A stretch of 64,000 bases of DNA from Haplodiscus bocki (taxonomy: Eukaryota): assembly GCA_965655095.1 (NCBI GenBank), contig OZ296652.1, positions 110,980,001-111,044,000 on the forward strand, given 5' to 3'. The notes beneath the pieces were generated by a model. It was not told the DNA's origin, ran no database searches, and saw only the letters and a program-made list of their open reading frames with translations. Positions 28,101-43,100 of this stretch are shown here, in pieces (position 1 is the stretch's first letter; each line of letters opens with the position of its first letter). Position numbers and translations under genes: made by a program.

Positions 28101-31100
28101 GTATCTATGATTATACCATTTCTCATTCTGTTGATTTCTTCTAATCTATTATTTTTGTAAGGATTTTTAACTTTTTCTTTTACAGGAAGATGTTGAAAGA
28201 TTAAATTTTCAGGATTGTGATATTTCAATGTTAGAAAAGCAGACCTATTTAGTTCATTCCATTTTCCACTATTGAATAAGTAACAGACAGCGTCATTCAT
28301 ATGTTTTTTAAAAGGATAAGCTGATTCTATTTTAGGCCATGTACTATTTTTATCTATCTGAGCACTAGGATATAAACTATTAAAATCATATGAAACTAAT
28401 AAGTCATCTTTATTGATTTTTTGTAATTCTTTGCTAATGTTTAATTCTCCTAGTTTCTGTGGCCAACAACCAGTAGCTGGTAGCATACAGAAAATTTGCC
28501 CGATCGCGGGTGTCTCGTAACTCTTCCTAAACTATTTTTTTTGTCTCAAGTTCTGTCATTATAAAATTTTCGTTACTGAAAAAATATTTTGCGCAAAAGG
28601 TTGAATTCAAGCAAATTTTAATTCGTTCTCATTGCTTTTCCGTCTCAATCAACTTGTTGCAGAATGAACTGCATATGTTCGAAGCTTGAATTACGATACT
28701 AACTTTGTTCGGAAGTGAACGTAATTTTACTTTAGCTTTTTCGTATGAGAATTTCTCGCGCAGTCAGTTTCTGTACCGAAAAAAAGTTGAGTTCTCAAGT
28801 TCAGATACTCTGATTAAAAGGAAGTTTAATGAAATCCTTTCTGTATTACATTTGCTTCCTTTGCTCGATAACATTTTAATCGTTCGTATTTTTGGTTCAC
28901 TGTTGCTTTGTCTAAAATTTACATTTTGTTTTCTGTTTAAATTTGTTTACAAATAAAGTTTTATGGCTGTTTCTGTGTTGCCTAACGTTTCTGTGATAAT
29001 ATTGCAGACGGTGTTCCAATTGCGCTGTTCCAGTCCACATGCAATACGTGGCAAGCTAATACTAGCTAGTTGGTTGCGTTCTACTTGTGCGCAGAGATAA
29101 GACCAACACTGTCGTAAATGATGGTATTGCGGTTTATCATGCACTCGTTGTTTAGTATTTAACCTAAATCCATACACCTGTATACTCATCGTAAAATGCT
29201 AAAATGGATCCAGGGAAGAAGTTATAGCCATTAAATTTTAATTTGCCGAGTTCAGGAAACTTTTGAACTATTTGAGAAGCAATGCCTCTTCCCATGCGGA
29301 GATCAGCGGAAACGCAATGAGCAGCAAACTATTTTTGCAGAGCAGCAAAATCCCTTTACAAATGTTTATATTTTTTGGTATTGACTGCGGGTCAAAGGTT
29401 ATGGAGTTTGTTTTAGTTTCCTGTTTCGATCTTGGCCTCAAGAACAATTATTGAATATTTTTGACCTAGTAGTTTTTACGTCAGTTTTGACGGTAATTTC
29501 GATTTTTTTGTTGATGTGGTTTTTTGAATTTGTGACTTCTTCTTTTCCTTTGCTTCCAGTTCCGCTAATGCAGCACGATTTTCTTCAATACATGCAACTA
29601 CGTTTTTACGTCTTGTTCCACTTGCTGTGTGTTGAATGTTTCCACAGGCTGTACAACCGGGAAATTCAATATTGTGACCTGGTCATCCGGTAGTACCGGA
29701 ATTTCTACCTCCTCTGTCAAAGTTCGTTCTGAATTCAGCATATCGGGCAGCAATTTTTCGAAGAGTACTGGTTCACTGCGATATGGAGTCAGTGAAGGAT
29801 CTGCTGTGGAGCAGTTTGGATCCAGGTTCGAAATATCATCAGCTCGATATTGTGGTTTGAGTCGCCGTAGTCTAAGTCGATGTACACATTGTTTGTAATT
29901 CGCGCCAATTTTCCCAATAACTTTATCTGATCTTGTGCGCTTTTGTTCAACTCTATACAGCAGTATCTATGTTTGTAAACTTTTGAGATTGTCGTGGATT
30001 CATTTGTTAGTAGAGGATTCACAAGCAAACAAAATTCGTGTTTTCCCAAAGGCTGTGCATCAGCTTTACGATCAAAATATGTTCGACATTTATGGTGAGC
30101 GTTGACCATTCGAGATTTAGTTTCTTCATATTGAGTTAACAATGTGTCTTGAAGATCATTTTCGTAATCACTAGTCGCCTCTGATTTCGATAATGTTCGT
30201 TCTAACAAATCGCAAATCAGTGGGTTTGAGTGGGTCTCGACCATGAAAGATTGAACTCGGCGTAGTGCCGATTGAATTTTGAAAGGATGTAATGTGTACG
30301 AATGTCGCGACATCTACATATTTATGCCAATTTGACCAAGCAGATGAGGAAGTTATTTTCAAAATTCGTTTGAAAGCACTATGTGCTCGCTCAAATACAC
30401 CTATCGTCTGTGGATGCTTCAGAGAATCCACAGATTTCAAGCGATTTTGTCAATTCATGCAATAATTCCGATGTAAAACTTGTTCCTAGATTAGCTAGCT
30501 TGAGGAATGTAACTATGTTTTAGAAAAAATGATAACAATGCTTTTGCTACGTTTTCTGCACTAATACTCGACAAAGGAACGGCAAACAAACACTTTGAGA
30601 AAACATCGATAGCAGTTAGTGCGTATTTGTAAACAGGTGAAGTGAACTGAAAAACCAAGTCAATTTGCATCATGTCGCCTGGAAAAATTTGATCTGATGT
30701 TAATGATTTCATTGGCGATCCTAAAGTACGATGCTGTGCGTTTTTCGTGTGAAGACATGTTGAAGAGTTTCTTACGTAGTTGAGTAAAAATTCAGTGAAC
30801 CCGGGAAAGTAAAAGCTTTTTCGAAACTTGATGACAGTTTTATGTATTCCCAAGTGGCCGCTCACTTAAGAGTTGTGAATCCTATACAGTATTTCTTTCC
30901 GCAAATATTTTGGTACACAAAGTTGTAAATGTGAGACTTGACCTACATCGTTGAAAAATTGACAATAAGGGACACCGTTTTTTAGAATTAGTCTTCCTTT
31001 GTGCTTTGCGTATTTTCGCAGGTCATGATTTGCACATGTCATGTTCTCTTCATTACTATTCATCGAACGTATTAATTGTCTGATTGACGGGTCTTTCGAT

Positions 31101-34100
31101 TGTTCTTGTTAGATCTCCAGTGGAGATGACTTGCCTGAGACAATGAAATTGAGAGGATCAGGTTCATGTAGTGCGTTCACGTCAGCTCGAACTAACTTCA
31201 TAAGTTCCATGTATGGAGAAATTTCAATTAATTGCAAAAATTCCATTGGGTCAGGGTACCTTTCATCCAATCCAGGCACTTCTTCCACTAAATTGAAGTA
31301 GTCTTCCCAAACATCTTTGTTTTGGTCGTTGCCTTTGTTTGTCATTATCGCATTGATCGTGATATCGGGTGTTTTAGCTTTTATTTCCTGAGTCGGCATC
31401 GAATCTTTTAATGCAAGTGTTAGTGGTTCCAGGGACAGTTTCTATTCTTGATAGAAAATCAGCGGCTGTATTTGCACGTCCGGTTACAGGTGCTAGTACG
31501 ATGTTACACGCTAGAATTTGGTCCAGGAATTTCCACAACGTTGGATGAATTTCGTTTCAAAAAATGAAGTCAAGCTTCTATTGTCAGTAAGCACAACAAC
31601 TGGTTTCTCACATCCCCAAATGAAATGCGAAAAAACATCCAATGCAAAATACAATGCGAGAAATTCTTTGCAATAAATAGACATTTTGAGTTGTGATTCA
31701 TTGCAGGCTTTTGATCCGAAGGAAACTGGGGCATGTGTTTTGGACTTTTCACTCTAAATAGTCTTCGATCATTGGTACAAAAACACTGTAGTGATAACTT
31801 GCATCAAACAGGATTAAGTACAGTTGGTTCAGTTTAGCGAGTGTTGTTGTCGTTGCTCTTGAAAAATCATTTTTGATTGTCTCAAAATTGTCTATTTGTC
31901 TGTCTTCTATTTTGAATTCGACGTCTTTCCGAAGAAACTGATAGAAATGCAGAAGTTTTTCATTTAATTTCAGAATGCAGTTGCGGAACAAAAAATGTGT
32001 GAAACCTATCAGTCTTTTCACTTGCTTTACAGTTTGAGGAATTTTTTTAATCTGCAAACTTTTCCATGTTCTTCTCTGTGGTTATTCCTTGTGGTGTTAT
32101 AGTATTGCCCAAAAATGATATTTGCGACATTCCGAAATGACACTTCTCAGGTGAAAGTTTCAATCCTGAACTTCTCATGCATGCAAAGATTTTTTGTAAT
32201 TTTGATTTCAATTTATCGGAAAATTCAGCACCAGTGCCGTTATCATCCAAGAACTGAGTGCAAAGGTTTGCTGCGAGACGGGTACAAACATTTTCTCACA
32301 AAAGCACTAAAACCTGTCACAGACTTGCTCAATCTTTGTGCCAAAACTTGGTAGGCATATATGCGCGATGCAAAATTAAAGGCTAGGAGCTGAACTGAGA
32401 GAGGATCAGCTATTTGGACACAATGATATGATTGCGAACAATCAAGTTTCGTGAAGAATTGCTTGCCAGCAAATTGATTCACCGCGTCAGTCATATTTGA
32501 AATCGGGAAGTTATGGTTTACATGATCATGTCTCGAGGGATAAATTTTTCTCCGCAAATCATGAAGAATTCGAAGTTTGCCTGAAGCTTTCCTCTGGGCA
32601 AAAATAGGGCTACTATATTTCGAAATGGTCAAGGTTGTAATGATTCCGTAATTCTGTAAAAGTGCTAGTTCAATGATCATTTCATTTCTCAAGTGGCTAG
32701 GTGTTGGAGAACTTTGCATACACACTGGATTCGAATGCTCTGGTGTCAATTTTATTTTCATTATCGTATTATAACTAACATCAAATCTATGGCGTGCAAA
32801 AAAATCTTCCAATTCCACTAGAATACTCCCAATACCAATTTTCTGATCTGCTGCCAATATTGAATTGTTCCAAACAAACTTTGATAAAAACTCTTTTTTG
32901 TCACGTTCATTGTTGAAAACTGTAAATTTCTTCATATATTTTTCGAGGTATCGCTGTCAATTGATATGAGGGATTGCATGTTTCTGGGGTTGGGAACCAC
33001 AGGCTATTATATTTGGGTTTTGGCTTTTTAGGTTGTCGCTGTTTTATCCGCAAATTGTACTAATTGGTTAATCTGGTTGAAAACATCACCTTGCATTGCT
33101 TCATCCAATGTGATCACTTCAGGAGGAATCGGGATGAGGCTTTCGGCTCCATCTATTGATAAGACTTCGAAATTTGCTATTTCTTGATTTTTCGCTACTG
33201 TAACTACATTTGGCATCAAGCTGAGAGCTAGGATATGTACTTCATTTTTATCATTAATCGTTGTGAGACATGAGGATAAGCACAGATTAGTTTTCTTCAC
33301 CTATCCAACTTTTGGTAAAAGCATGCCTGCCATTCCTCTATGATTTTGGACTTTTTTGCCAATGGTTAAAGTCAATACATCTTGTGAGTTCGGTTTTATT
33401 GTCACTTAACGAACGGTTTTGGCTGAATATTTTACATTCGAACGGATTCTACGACGGTAACCTTTTTCATTGATTTCGTTTCCTTGTAACGTCATTTCGG
33501 GAAACTTCAAAAGTTCAAAATCACCAAGAAAGATTCCAACTTGATGTCTTGTGGAAAAAAATACTCCCTAAAATGATACTATTCATTGTTGACAAAATTA
33601 GAAAATTTTCTTCAAATTCAAAGTCATGTATACGAAACTTCAAAGCAATTTCACCAATCACCTGCAATGACTTCCCAGATGGCATTCGTAGTTTTAAATT
33701 GAAAATTCGGTATAAGTCGTTTTTCTATGTCATCGGTGAGTAAAATTTCCTTGAAAAGCGACTCTGGGATAGCGCTAGCACATGCTCCAGTATCTATAAA
33801 AGAACGTCTTTTGATTTTGGCACTGAAATTTAATGGTACATATCATATTGTGTTTCCTTCTAATGGGATAACTACAGCTAAACTATCTCCACTATGGCCC
33901 GATGCTTGCATGTTTTGGATTATTTCGTCCAGCTGTTCAATTGGGACTGAAGATTTCACTGTAGTTGTACTAAATACAGAGCAGACATTAGCCAGCTCTT
34001 CTGATAGTTGCAAAAAAACTGATCGCAACAGTTTTCATTTTGGTACTGTTTTTCCACACTTTGACGGCTTTTGGCTAATTCCGGAGCACCAAGAATATCA

Positions 34101-37100
34101 TTACGGAAGTTTACAAAAAAAATCTGAAAAAATTGTCAATATTATCACGCTCTATATTTAACTAACATGGATCTGCAGTCGATTTGCAAGGCGAAAGAGC
34201 AATTTTCCAAGCAAAGAAAACACAATCTTTTACCTGAAAAACTAGAAATTTATGGATAAACCCTGAAAAAGTCCTCCCGAATTTGTTTTCATAGCAATTG
34301 CAGCTAAAAAGCAAACTGAGGAAGCAAAGCAGTAAACTCCTCAAAACGAAAAATAGCTATTTCTTGCTGAATTCGAACCACTGAACACCCCAATGCTAAA
34401 AACGCCAGCTGTGAGGCGATTAAATTGTGCACGTATCCTATCCAACTGGCCTAATTGCAGAAAAAAGTGATATGGGAGATAAAAGGTCGAAAACTGCAAA
34501 AAAATTTAAAAAAAATCCGTAACACCTACTGATTTTCTGAAAATACCCTATAGTGTCAAAAACAGCAATTACTTAAAAAGAGAACTAAATAAACAATATT
34601 TTTGTCAGTTTCTACTTAGTTTACATTTGCGGTCCAGTAATATACCACTTTTGAAAAATTTCTATCTTTGAGAAAAAGGAAATTTTGATTACGATTATAA
34701 ATGAGACCTTCGAGTTATCATCACAAAACTGGTCAAACTGCCCTGATCTCTCTCTCGGTGAGTTGCGTTCCTCCTCTCCAGATCATTATTCTCTCCTGAG
34801 GGATTTTCCCTTTTCGCTTGCATGTGAGGGAGGATTCATATTGTTCACCAAATAACTCCGAAGAAAATTAAAACAAGTGATTAGATTAAATACTTCAAAA
34901 TGTCAAATACAAAAATGAAAGTTTTGCGGTAATTAAATATGAGTTCGAGAATTCTTTGCATGTCAATGTTATTCGAATAATTCCGGTGAGCCACATCATT
35001 AAATTTCATCGTTTTTAGCTGAAACAACATGGAACATGTTACAATATGGAAATTGAAATCGAGAAAAATCTGAGGAAAAAGATACTTTGACTGACTTTAA
35101 ACTTTAAAACATTAAAAATGCCATTGTCTGAGAAAAGTAGAAAATCACAAACAGTTCTCAAAAATTAACGTTCCCTAATATGCTTTTTGAGTAGCTGAGT
35201 GGCTAAAAAGATGAATCGTAGGGCAAAAGGAAAGTTGGAAAAAAAGAGCAAAACTTAGCTATTTCAGAACACTTTTGACTTCCAAAAAAACGCAAAAAAT
35301 CCCAGACAGTAGACTTAGCTGTTAATTTTGTCGAGCCCAGCATGAAAAAATATACTAGGTAAGGAAAATTACGGAAGTTCGGGCGAACTTTGAAAAATTG
35401 TTACAGGTCGATTTTTTTCAGCCCAAATTGGAAAACGATAGTATTAATGTTTTGGCACATTTTCGAACCTGTTTGAAAATAGTCGATAGACTTCACAAAA
35501 CATCAATTCGGAAAATATTCCTCACAGACGAGATCAAGTCCCTTCCAATTGGGAACTTAGGTCATTTTTGTCAAAAAAATACAAAACAGAAAAAAAATTG
35601 AACCCAAAATACGGTCCATAATGGGATTCGAATCCAGATGCTCGAAAAAACCAGCAAACATGGCCGTCCTCAGGCCGAAAATACTTTCTTGTTGATGAGG
35701 TTGAGTAAAAACAACGTAATGCGAACAACACAACTATTGGCCGGAAATGCGAGTTGTGAACGATACGAAATAAAAGCATGAAACTGTGCCTTTTAGAGCT
35801 TAAAAAATTTATACAGATGCGAAGCTGAACTCCGCATACACTTGCGAGAAAAGAAGAAACGGCATCATCTCACCGCCGGCTGGAATTCGTTCATCGGCCT
35901 TCTTTCTGGGCAAGTTTTACTGAAAAGCCGTTTCCAGTGAAGAAATCCACAATACAGATGTTGAAAGCACTACTAATTACCAGGAACTAATTTAACTATT
36001 GAATGATCCGAAAGAAATCCTTGGTCGATGAGACTATACTTTGACAACCACAGAAAAATCTTAACTTTTCGCCATGGATGACAGAACTAATATCACGAAA
36101 ACGTACAGGACCAGCAACCATTGGTGATTCGCAAAATACCATTTCAATGATTGTTTAAATGATCAGAAAATCGTCGGACAAACAGTCCGAAAACATGTGT
36201 GACATCTGAAAAAACTCAATGGGAAATTCGAACTGCCAGTCAAGAAATTCCTCTTTAAACGTACAGATTAAGACATCCCTGCTATAACACCTTTTAACGA
36301 TTGCAGGCTCTTGAAGACTGCAATCCAACCATTACCCTTCGAGAAAGTTTGGAGAAAGATGCAAGTAAAATAAATTTGAGCTTGGAAGGACAAATCGAAG
36401 AATTTCCCGTAAAATCACTAAAAGAACATCCCTGCTTCTTCGTAAAACTTTCATATTTCAGGCTGTGGAATGACCACTGGACAATAGCAAGGATCTATGC
36501 AGTCTTTGAGAAAAACAGTTTTCGAGACAAACGTGAAAATTTCCGAGATTTGACGGAAAATAAGAAACAGAACACATTCCTTAGTGCAACAGATCTCAAG
36601 GTTTCGGGCACTCAAAAAAATGAACTGGATGCTTCAAATCCAACTTCTTTTCTATGAAAAAAAAAACAGGAAAAAGAATAATGTGTAAAGATTTTCAAAA
36701 TTTAAACTACAAGTCAAGGTTTTTCGAGCTAAAATTATGTTTCAGGACTTCCCTGCAATTGCAAATTTTCCAAATTGCGGAATTCTGACTGAGCACTAAA
36801 TGGTTGTCAGCCGGCCGGTACTCTTCGAAACGCATATTTGAAGAAAGCACGAGCTATGAGTCAAGATACTCCGCGGTACCATTCTGACAAGGAAAATATT
36901 TGATTTTGAGCAGATTATCTATATGCGGATGTCCGAATGAGCACTGGATAGTTGTTATCCTATCGGTTTTATTCGAGAACAACTAGAAGAAGCTCACTGC
37001 CTTCATTGGCAACCATTCTTTGTCCAAACCTGTTAAACAGAGGTGAAGCTGTGCTTCGCAACAATTGTGCCAACGGAATACTGGTGAACAAATCGAACAA

Positions 37101-40100
37101 TTAAAACTAGTTTTTGAAGGCGCCAGGGTACTATGAAACCTGTTGATAAAAAATTGAACAGAGATTTCATTAATTGAGCCAATTTTTATAAACTTCTATG
37201 CATGCGAGCATAATAAGCACGAATGGCTAGATAGAAGTAATTATATACAAATAATAATATAGGTGCGGATACTAGCAGTCAAAACCTGACCGAGCTCATT
37301 CACTTCGCTCATTCACTCGATCGATTTTGACTGCTAGTATCTGCACCTATATCCGTACCAAAAGAATTACAAAAACATTTAACATACCTGTTTTCCTTCA
37401 CCATATAAATGGTATTTTTATGTTAGTATTCTCTTTTCTTTATCGCCTCTTATAGCAGATTGGTATTTGTAGAATGACATCGATGAAGTTAAGACATTGC
37501 CGCAGTGTTTGGGGTTCGCTGCTTAATATGTATCCCCACTCGTTTGTCGTACATTACCATGAAGCTATAGGAGGAACTGTCCATGTCTTAATGCTTGAAA
37601 AAGCAGAATAGATCGATGGGGATATACCACCAGGAACGCTCACTCGAAGACAGCTGAAAAGCTAGACATGAAAGTTGGCCAGTGGATATTTTTTGTCTTA
37701 AACGAAAAACACGATTTCTGAGAAATAAAAACACTATGTCGACATCCTTAAACATGTAGAGATTATAAAATTTTAAGCTACAACAAAGTGTGATATATCA
37801 TTGGATAGCTCGTTGAAATATTAGTGCACGCCGAAAATATCATCCTCGTATCTGTTACCATTTTCGAGAAATCGCCAAAATAGTATTTGTACAAGTATAT
37901 AAATAATTATAATATTACAAAATTTTATACAAATATAAGAATAATTATACGATTACATGTATGTATACCTGGATTGTTATATGAATACCATTGGTGACAT
38001 GCAAAATGAAAAATATTTCTACAATCATTGCAATGAGTTTGAATATAATCATGATTATGAAAAAGTGGCGATGACACATTGTTATATAATTACATGTGTG
38101 AGAGTATTTTCAATTATATAGTTATACCTTGAATTTTAAAAAAGTTGTTTCTTTTAACTAAGGTCATAAAAGGCCATCCTGTTAATTTAAAATTTCTATT
38201 TTCTATCTCTTTATTTATTAATTTATTAGACCAGATATTGAATAATTTATCATTTTCGTGTAATTCATCTGACTCAGATCCGATTAAGATATAATTATCG
38301 ACTTCATCTGTTTTAACAGGTTTGAAAGAATAAATAAATATTTCTTTGTTTTCAGGTATATCCTCGTATTTAATATATGATTTAAAATCCATCATCATAT
38401 TATATATTCTCTCAAAACGTCTTTTCACAATCATTTTGTCGTCTTCTTTCATTAAAATATCTTTTGCAGAATCAAAATCAATATTATTTTGTTTATGTTC
38501 ATATTTACCTACATAATGAGGAAGCATTTGATGATATTCGTTAGGAGGTTTTCTTTTTAACATGTTAATATCAGTAGAATAAGTTTTCTTTTGAGAAATT
38601 AGATCTAAGCAACTTTTACAAGATCTTTCCATTTCACAATTGAAACAATTCATTTTAGGTTTTATAACACAATCATTACAAAGTTTTTGATTATTACAAT
38701 CTAAACAATTTTGTTTTCTATGTGGTATTTTGATTCCTTCAAATGTTTTTGTCCAATCAATTGAGAATCTACCTGATACAGTTTTTCCTTCTGATAATGA
38801 TATATATTCGTCTAATTTTATCATTCTATGTTCTTCTGAATAGCCTTTAAAAGTTCTTTTAGCTGAAATAATACCAAAATCATCGATTATTAAACAATAT
38901 TTTATTTTCGGAGCTAAAAACCAAGCATAAATTATACCTGAATCACCATAATCGTTTTTACCTTCTCCTAATTTTTTACCTACATAGCCTTTTTCATCTA
39001 ATTTATTCCAATATTCTTTATGAATATAACCACTATCCGTATCTGTGTAATATATGACGTTGTTGTAGAAGGCATCTATTTCATTAAAAACATTGTTCAT
39101 TAATCTTTTGCTATGTGCTAAAATATAACTTCCGAAATGAGATGGTATCGTGTTTATTGATTTTGCTTTATCGTAATCATCAACTCCTTCATCGTCTTCT
39201 AATTTTACTATTAAATAACCTTTTTTTAAAGGAAACCATTCTTTAAGTCTATCATCGAAATTTTCTCTCATCCAATTTTCAGTAACACATTTGTATTCTT
39301 CGTTTATATCTTTTCTAATATTACCACCGTAGACTGATAAACCGATTTTTTTAACTAAGTTTTGAAGTAAGTCTTTTCCTTGTGATTAAAATAAATCTCT
39401 TTTTTCAAACATATCAGTAACAAATTCTGTATAAGGATTGAATTCGAGGTTATGACAGGAAAACCCTTCAAACACTTCCAAAATAACACCACCATATTTA
39501 ACTATTTCTACGATATCAATACTTGTTAAAGTATCTATGATTATACCATTTCTCATTCTGTTGATTTCTTCTAATCTATTATTTTTGTAAGGATTTTTAA
39601 CTTTTTCTTTTACAGGAAGATGTTGAAAGATTAAATTTTCAGGATTGTGATATTTCAATGTTAGAAAAGCAGACCTATTTAGTTCATTCCATTTTCCACT
39701 ATTGAATAAGTAACAGACAGCGTCATTCATATGTTTTTTAAAAGGATAAGCTGTTTCTATTTTAGGCCATGTACTATTTTTATCTATCTGAGCACTAGGA
39801 TATAAACTATTAAAATCATATGAAACTAATAAGTCATCTTTATTGATTTTTTGTAATTCTTTGCTAATGTCTAATTCTCCTAGTTTTTTTTCTAGAAATT
39901 TTTCTAATTCTTTTTTATTTATTTTTCTATAGTCTTTTTCACCGTTTTCAAATTCTAATTTAAATTCATTGCGTTTAGTATTAATATATTTTATATATTT
40001 ATCGATTATATTTGAAATTTCGTTATCATCTATTTTTAAATGTTTTTTTATAGTATTCAATATTTCTTCACATTGGTTTGATTCGAAATATCTATTAAAA

Positions 40101-43100
40101 GCACCTACTCTTCCTCCTTTGATTGATTTGCGTATGAAATCTCTAACGTATTTATCATTGAAAGTGTAAAATTCTCTATCTTTGTTATATGTTCCAAAGC
40201 ATTTCCATCCTAGACTAGCTTCTGTTAAACAATCTTTAATACCGAACCCAGTCATTTGTTGCATTTCCATAGAATGTCTCGCGTATATAAAAGCTAAACA
40301 TAACACATCTGATATGAGATATGGTTCCCAAATATGTTTTAATTCATCGAAATTATTTTTATTAATAATAGAGTGATCTATTTCTCCTTTGAGTAATTCT
40401 GGTTGTAATCCGTATTCTTTACCGATTTTATATAAAGATCCTTTTATGTGAGATTTTGAACAAGTGAATTTAACGTATTGAGGTACTTCACATGTATTAA
40501 CTATTTTAACACCACATCTAAATGATAAAGATATTAATCCTCTAGAAGTTTTTATAATTTTTAGATCTGTTATGTCTTTAATCAAGGAATTTAATACAAT
40601 CCAGCTATCAAATCCAGAGCTATTATGAGCAACTAATAAAAGTCTATATGAGCTAATTATTTCATCTCCGTCTTTATCAATATAAGTTCTTTCGTCTCCG
40701 TCATAGTTTTCTGAAATATATTTAAGCATATTCATGATACAATTACCATTAGAAGCATCAAAGACGGTAACATTTTTTCTTTCTATTACTAATTCATTAC
40801 TGTTCAAGTCTCTATGCCAACATTCTCTAAAACGATTTACATCGTATAAACCAACGCCATATGCTTCTGCAAATTCTTGATCATTATGTGTTTCTAAATC
40901 AAATACAAATACATTTTCTAGTTGATTTATTGGTTCGTGTTTAGGAAATCGATAAAGAATTCTTTGTTTTAAATTTTTTTCAATTATTATATTTTTGACG
41001 TATTTGAAATTATTTTCTATTTCTTGTACACCATTGAGTAAAGAATCTTTCCTATTTTTTGTTCCAAATAACACAATAATGGTTTCTGTGGATGTGCACA
41101 CAAATGTTTTTCTGTTTAACAGTCCAAGGAAGTATTCTTTTGCTATTAAGATCGTAAATACCAATATCTATTTTACATCGTTTACAAAATTCTGGTATCC
41201 TACATCGAGCCATAACATTTGGTCTTCTTTTATATGATTTTATGAACTCGAAATACTCTGTGCTAAAGTCTTTATCGAAAATATAGTAGATACATTTGAG
41301 AAAGCATCCGTTTCCACTAGGTATATAACATCTTTCACCTTCATATTCTAGAATATCATTAAATTCGCTGGCTCCTCTACCATGATCTGATCTATTTACA
41401 CGTTTGAAATTTCTAAAATATCTACAGATGTTACCTGTGTAATATATAGAAGGATGGTCGTCGTATTTGTCTAATATTTTGTCTATGAATTTTGCTAGTT
41501 CATCACTGTTTTTAAAAAATCTAAAAGTATCAATTTCTCCTTCTTCACCTACACCAAAATAACCATTTGTAAAGAAACCATTTTTCAATTTTTCCATATC
41601 TTCAATGAGGATGTTTATAGGTACTTGATTGTATATAATTTTGTTTTCTTCTGCTAGTTCTAGAAATAGACCAAGATCTATTTCATTATCTTCTTTTTGC
41701 AATTCAACAATATCTGTAAAATCAAACGGGTTTTCTTTAGGAATGTTTTTAATTTTGTTTTTTAATTGTTTAATTTTAAGTTTAACTTCTTCCTTCACAT
41801 CTTCGATATGTGAAATTATTTGATTCAACACATCTATCTCGTTCTTAAGATCTAATTTTGAATTCTTTATTTCAATAAGTCTCAGAAAGATCGTTATAAT
41901 TTCTATTTTTTTGCTTTCTTTTATGTATAAGTTTTTTAACTCTTTTAATTTCATTATCTACATCATATATTTTTTTATTATTTCCATCTATATCAGATTT
42001 TAACATTTTAATTTTTTTATTCATTACAGCTCTAGCTGTTATTTCTCTTCTCAATTGATTGTTAAATGAAGAATTTTGTTCCATTTATATAGTATTAATT
42101 TATTGAAATAAAAAACACTTCAATTAAAAATATAATAAATAAATGGAGAGTAAAACTTGCACTCAATGTAATATTGAAAAACATATCAACAACTTTTACA
42201 AAAAATATTCAGAATGTAAAAACTGTAACATCAAACGAGGTGTAAAACGTTACTATGATAACAAAGATAAAAAATCAATGCAACAAAAAATATATTATGA
42301 AAAGAATAGAGATAAACTGTTACAGAAACAAAATGATTACAGAAACAAAAGAAACACGGATTATAAAGAGTTACACAAATCTTATGTTGAATTGGAAAAA
42401 AAATTAAAAGCATTAGAAGAATATTTGAAGCACGAATAAATATAATCACTCGTATAAATGTAAGTATATACAAAATAAATACTCATATATTCGTATGTAT
42501 ACATGATCAAAAATGTTTGTATACGAAACAATAAAATACTCATATAAGTGTATGTATACACAGTTATAATTACTCGTATAAATGTATGTTTACAAAATAT
42601 AAATGACTCAGAAAAATATTAAAACTTTTATAAACGAAATATATTCTAAACCACCAAAAAAGAACTATGTTACTAATAAAACAAATGTTTATCATATTGA
42701 TGACATATGGTCTTTAGATATATTAGACTTAAAAGATTATGGTCCTGAAAACAATAGAGGTTATAGATATGTTTTAGTAATCATAGACAATTTCTCAAAA
42801 TTTGGTTGGACAGTTCCTTTAAAAAATAAAAATGCTCAAACAATAAAAGACTCTTTCGAAAACATTTTGATAAGTTCAAAAAGATCCCCAAATTAAATCG
42901 AAAGCGATCGTGGTAAGGAATTTTATAACAATATATTTCAAGACTTTTTATATAAAAACAATATCAAACTCTATTCTAGAAATAGTTCATATGGTGCTGT
43001 CTTTGCTGAAAGATTCAATCCTACTATAAGAGATCTAGTTAAAAAGATTGTTTTCGAACGAGGTGATGCTAATTGGATTGATATTTTACCTACAATAACG

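Larger units (their letters stand above)
17021..39883. repeat. Tandem segmental duplication of ~11.43 kb (17021-28453 and 28454-39883)
   Basis: ORF sets recur at an offset of ~11431 with scattered SNPs. The junction ctcctag|TTT|ctgtggcc fuses Polinton polB to Gypsy sequence over 3-bp microhomology. Confidence 0.96.
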
